The position numbers and the translations under genes are program-made. A stretch of DNA of 63,998 nucleotides, the filler included, from Globobulimina sp. (lineage: Eukaryota): NCBI GenBank assembly GCA_003354225.1. It is 15 parts of 15 records of this genome, joined end to end, with 100 filler letters (N's around TTAATTAATTAA, not from the genome) between each part and the next. Parts side by side here need not be neighbours in the genome. Positions count along the whole stretch, not along the records: positions 59,860 to 63,998 come from PIVH01001564.1; 14 more parts are not named here. One strand, given 5' to 3'. A model generated the notes under the pieces. The model ran no database searches and was not told where the DNA came from. It saw nothing but the letters and a program-made list of their open reading frames with translations. Of the stretch, positions 63,929-63,998 are shown piece by piece (positions within the stretch are counted from its first letter, which is position 1; each line of letters begins with the position of its first letter).

Positions 63929-63998
63929 GGCCATTCCAAATCTATCTATTTGTTTTGCGTTGTTTGTGTGTGAGTCGTTGAGAGAGAGGCATCGATAT

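Noticed and set aside
1-63998. tRNA, rRNA, telomeric repeats or prokaryotic operons
   Set aside because: None recognised by eye; a covariance-model scan would be needed to exclude small RNAs.

Overview
This window is not one locus. It is 15 unrelated contigs of about 4.17-4.18 kb, sorted by decreasing length and joined by an artificial 100-nt linker (N44-TTAATTAATTAA-N44). The DNA is from a very AT-rich, gene-dense eukaryote using the standard code with short (mostly 48-81 nt) GT-AG introns. Gene content (Cys-rich/PTxSPT surface proteins, RGS, SPRY, leishmanolysin, calpain) suggests a rhizarian, possibly foraminiferan, protist; this is inference only. Recognisable genes include an exportin-5-like karyopherin, alkylglycerol monooxygenase, tryptophan 2,3-dioxygenase, leishmanolysin, a DBP2-like helicase, calpain, STI1/HOP, neprilysin, a WWE-RING ligase and a histidine phosphatase. 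The strongest candidate for a new system is the last contig. It carries an intronless 1132-aa protein with the ordered catalytic motifs of the RAG1/Transib/Chapaev DDE fold, fused to an N-terminal ubiquitin-like domain ending in GG. An RSS-type heptamer (CACAGTG on the - strand) lies 142 nt downstream and a divergent basic ORF lies upstream. Also notable: a signal-peptide-bearing HECT-like E3 ligase, LINE fragments (large gag-like ORF1; RNase H after the CCHC finger), a possible gustatory-receptor-like 7TM protein, a Venus-flytrap membrane receptor, several foldback/MITE-like elements and very short head-to-head intergenic spacers. All family calls come from motif recognition by eye, with no database searches.
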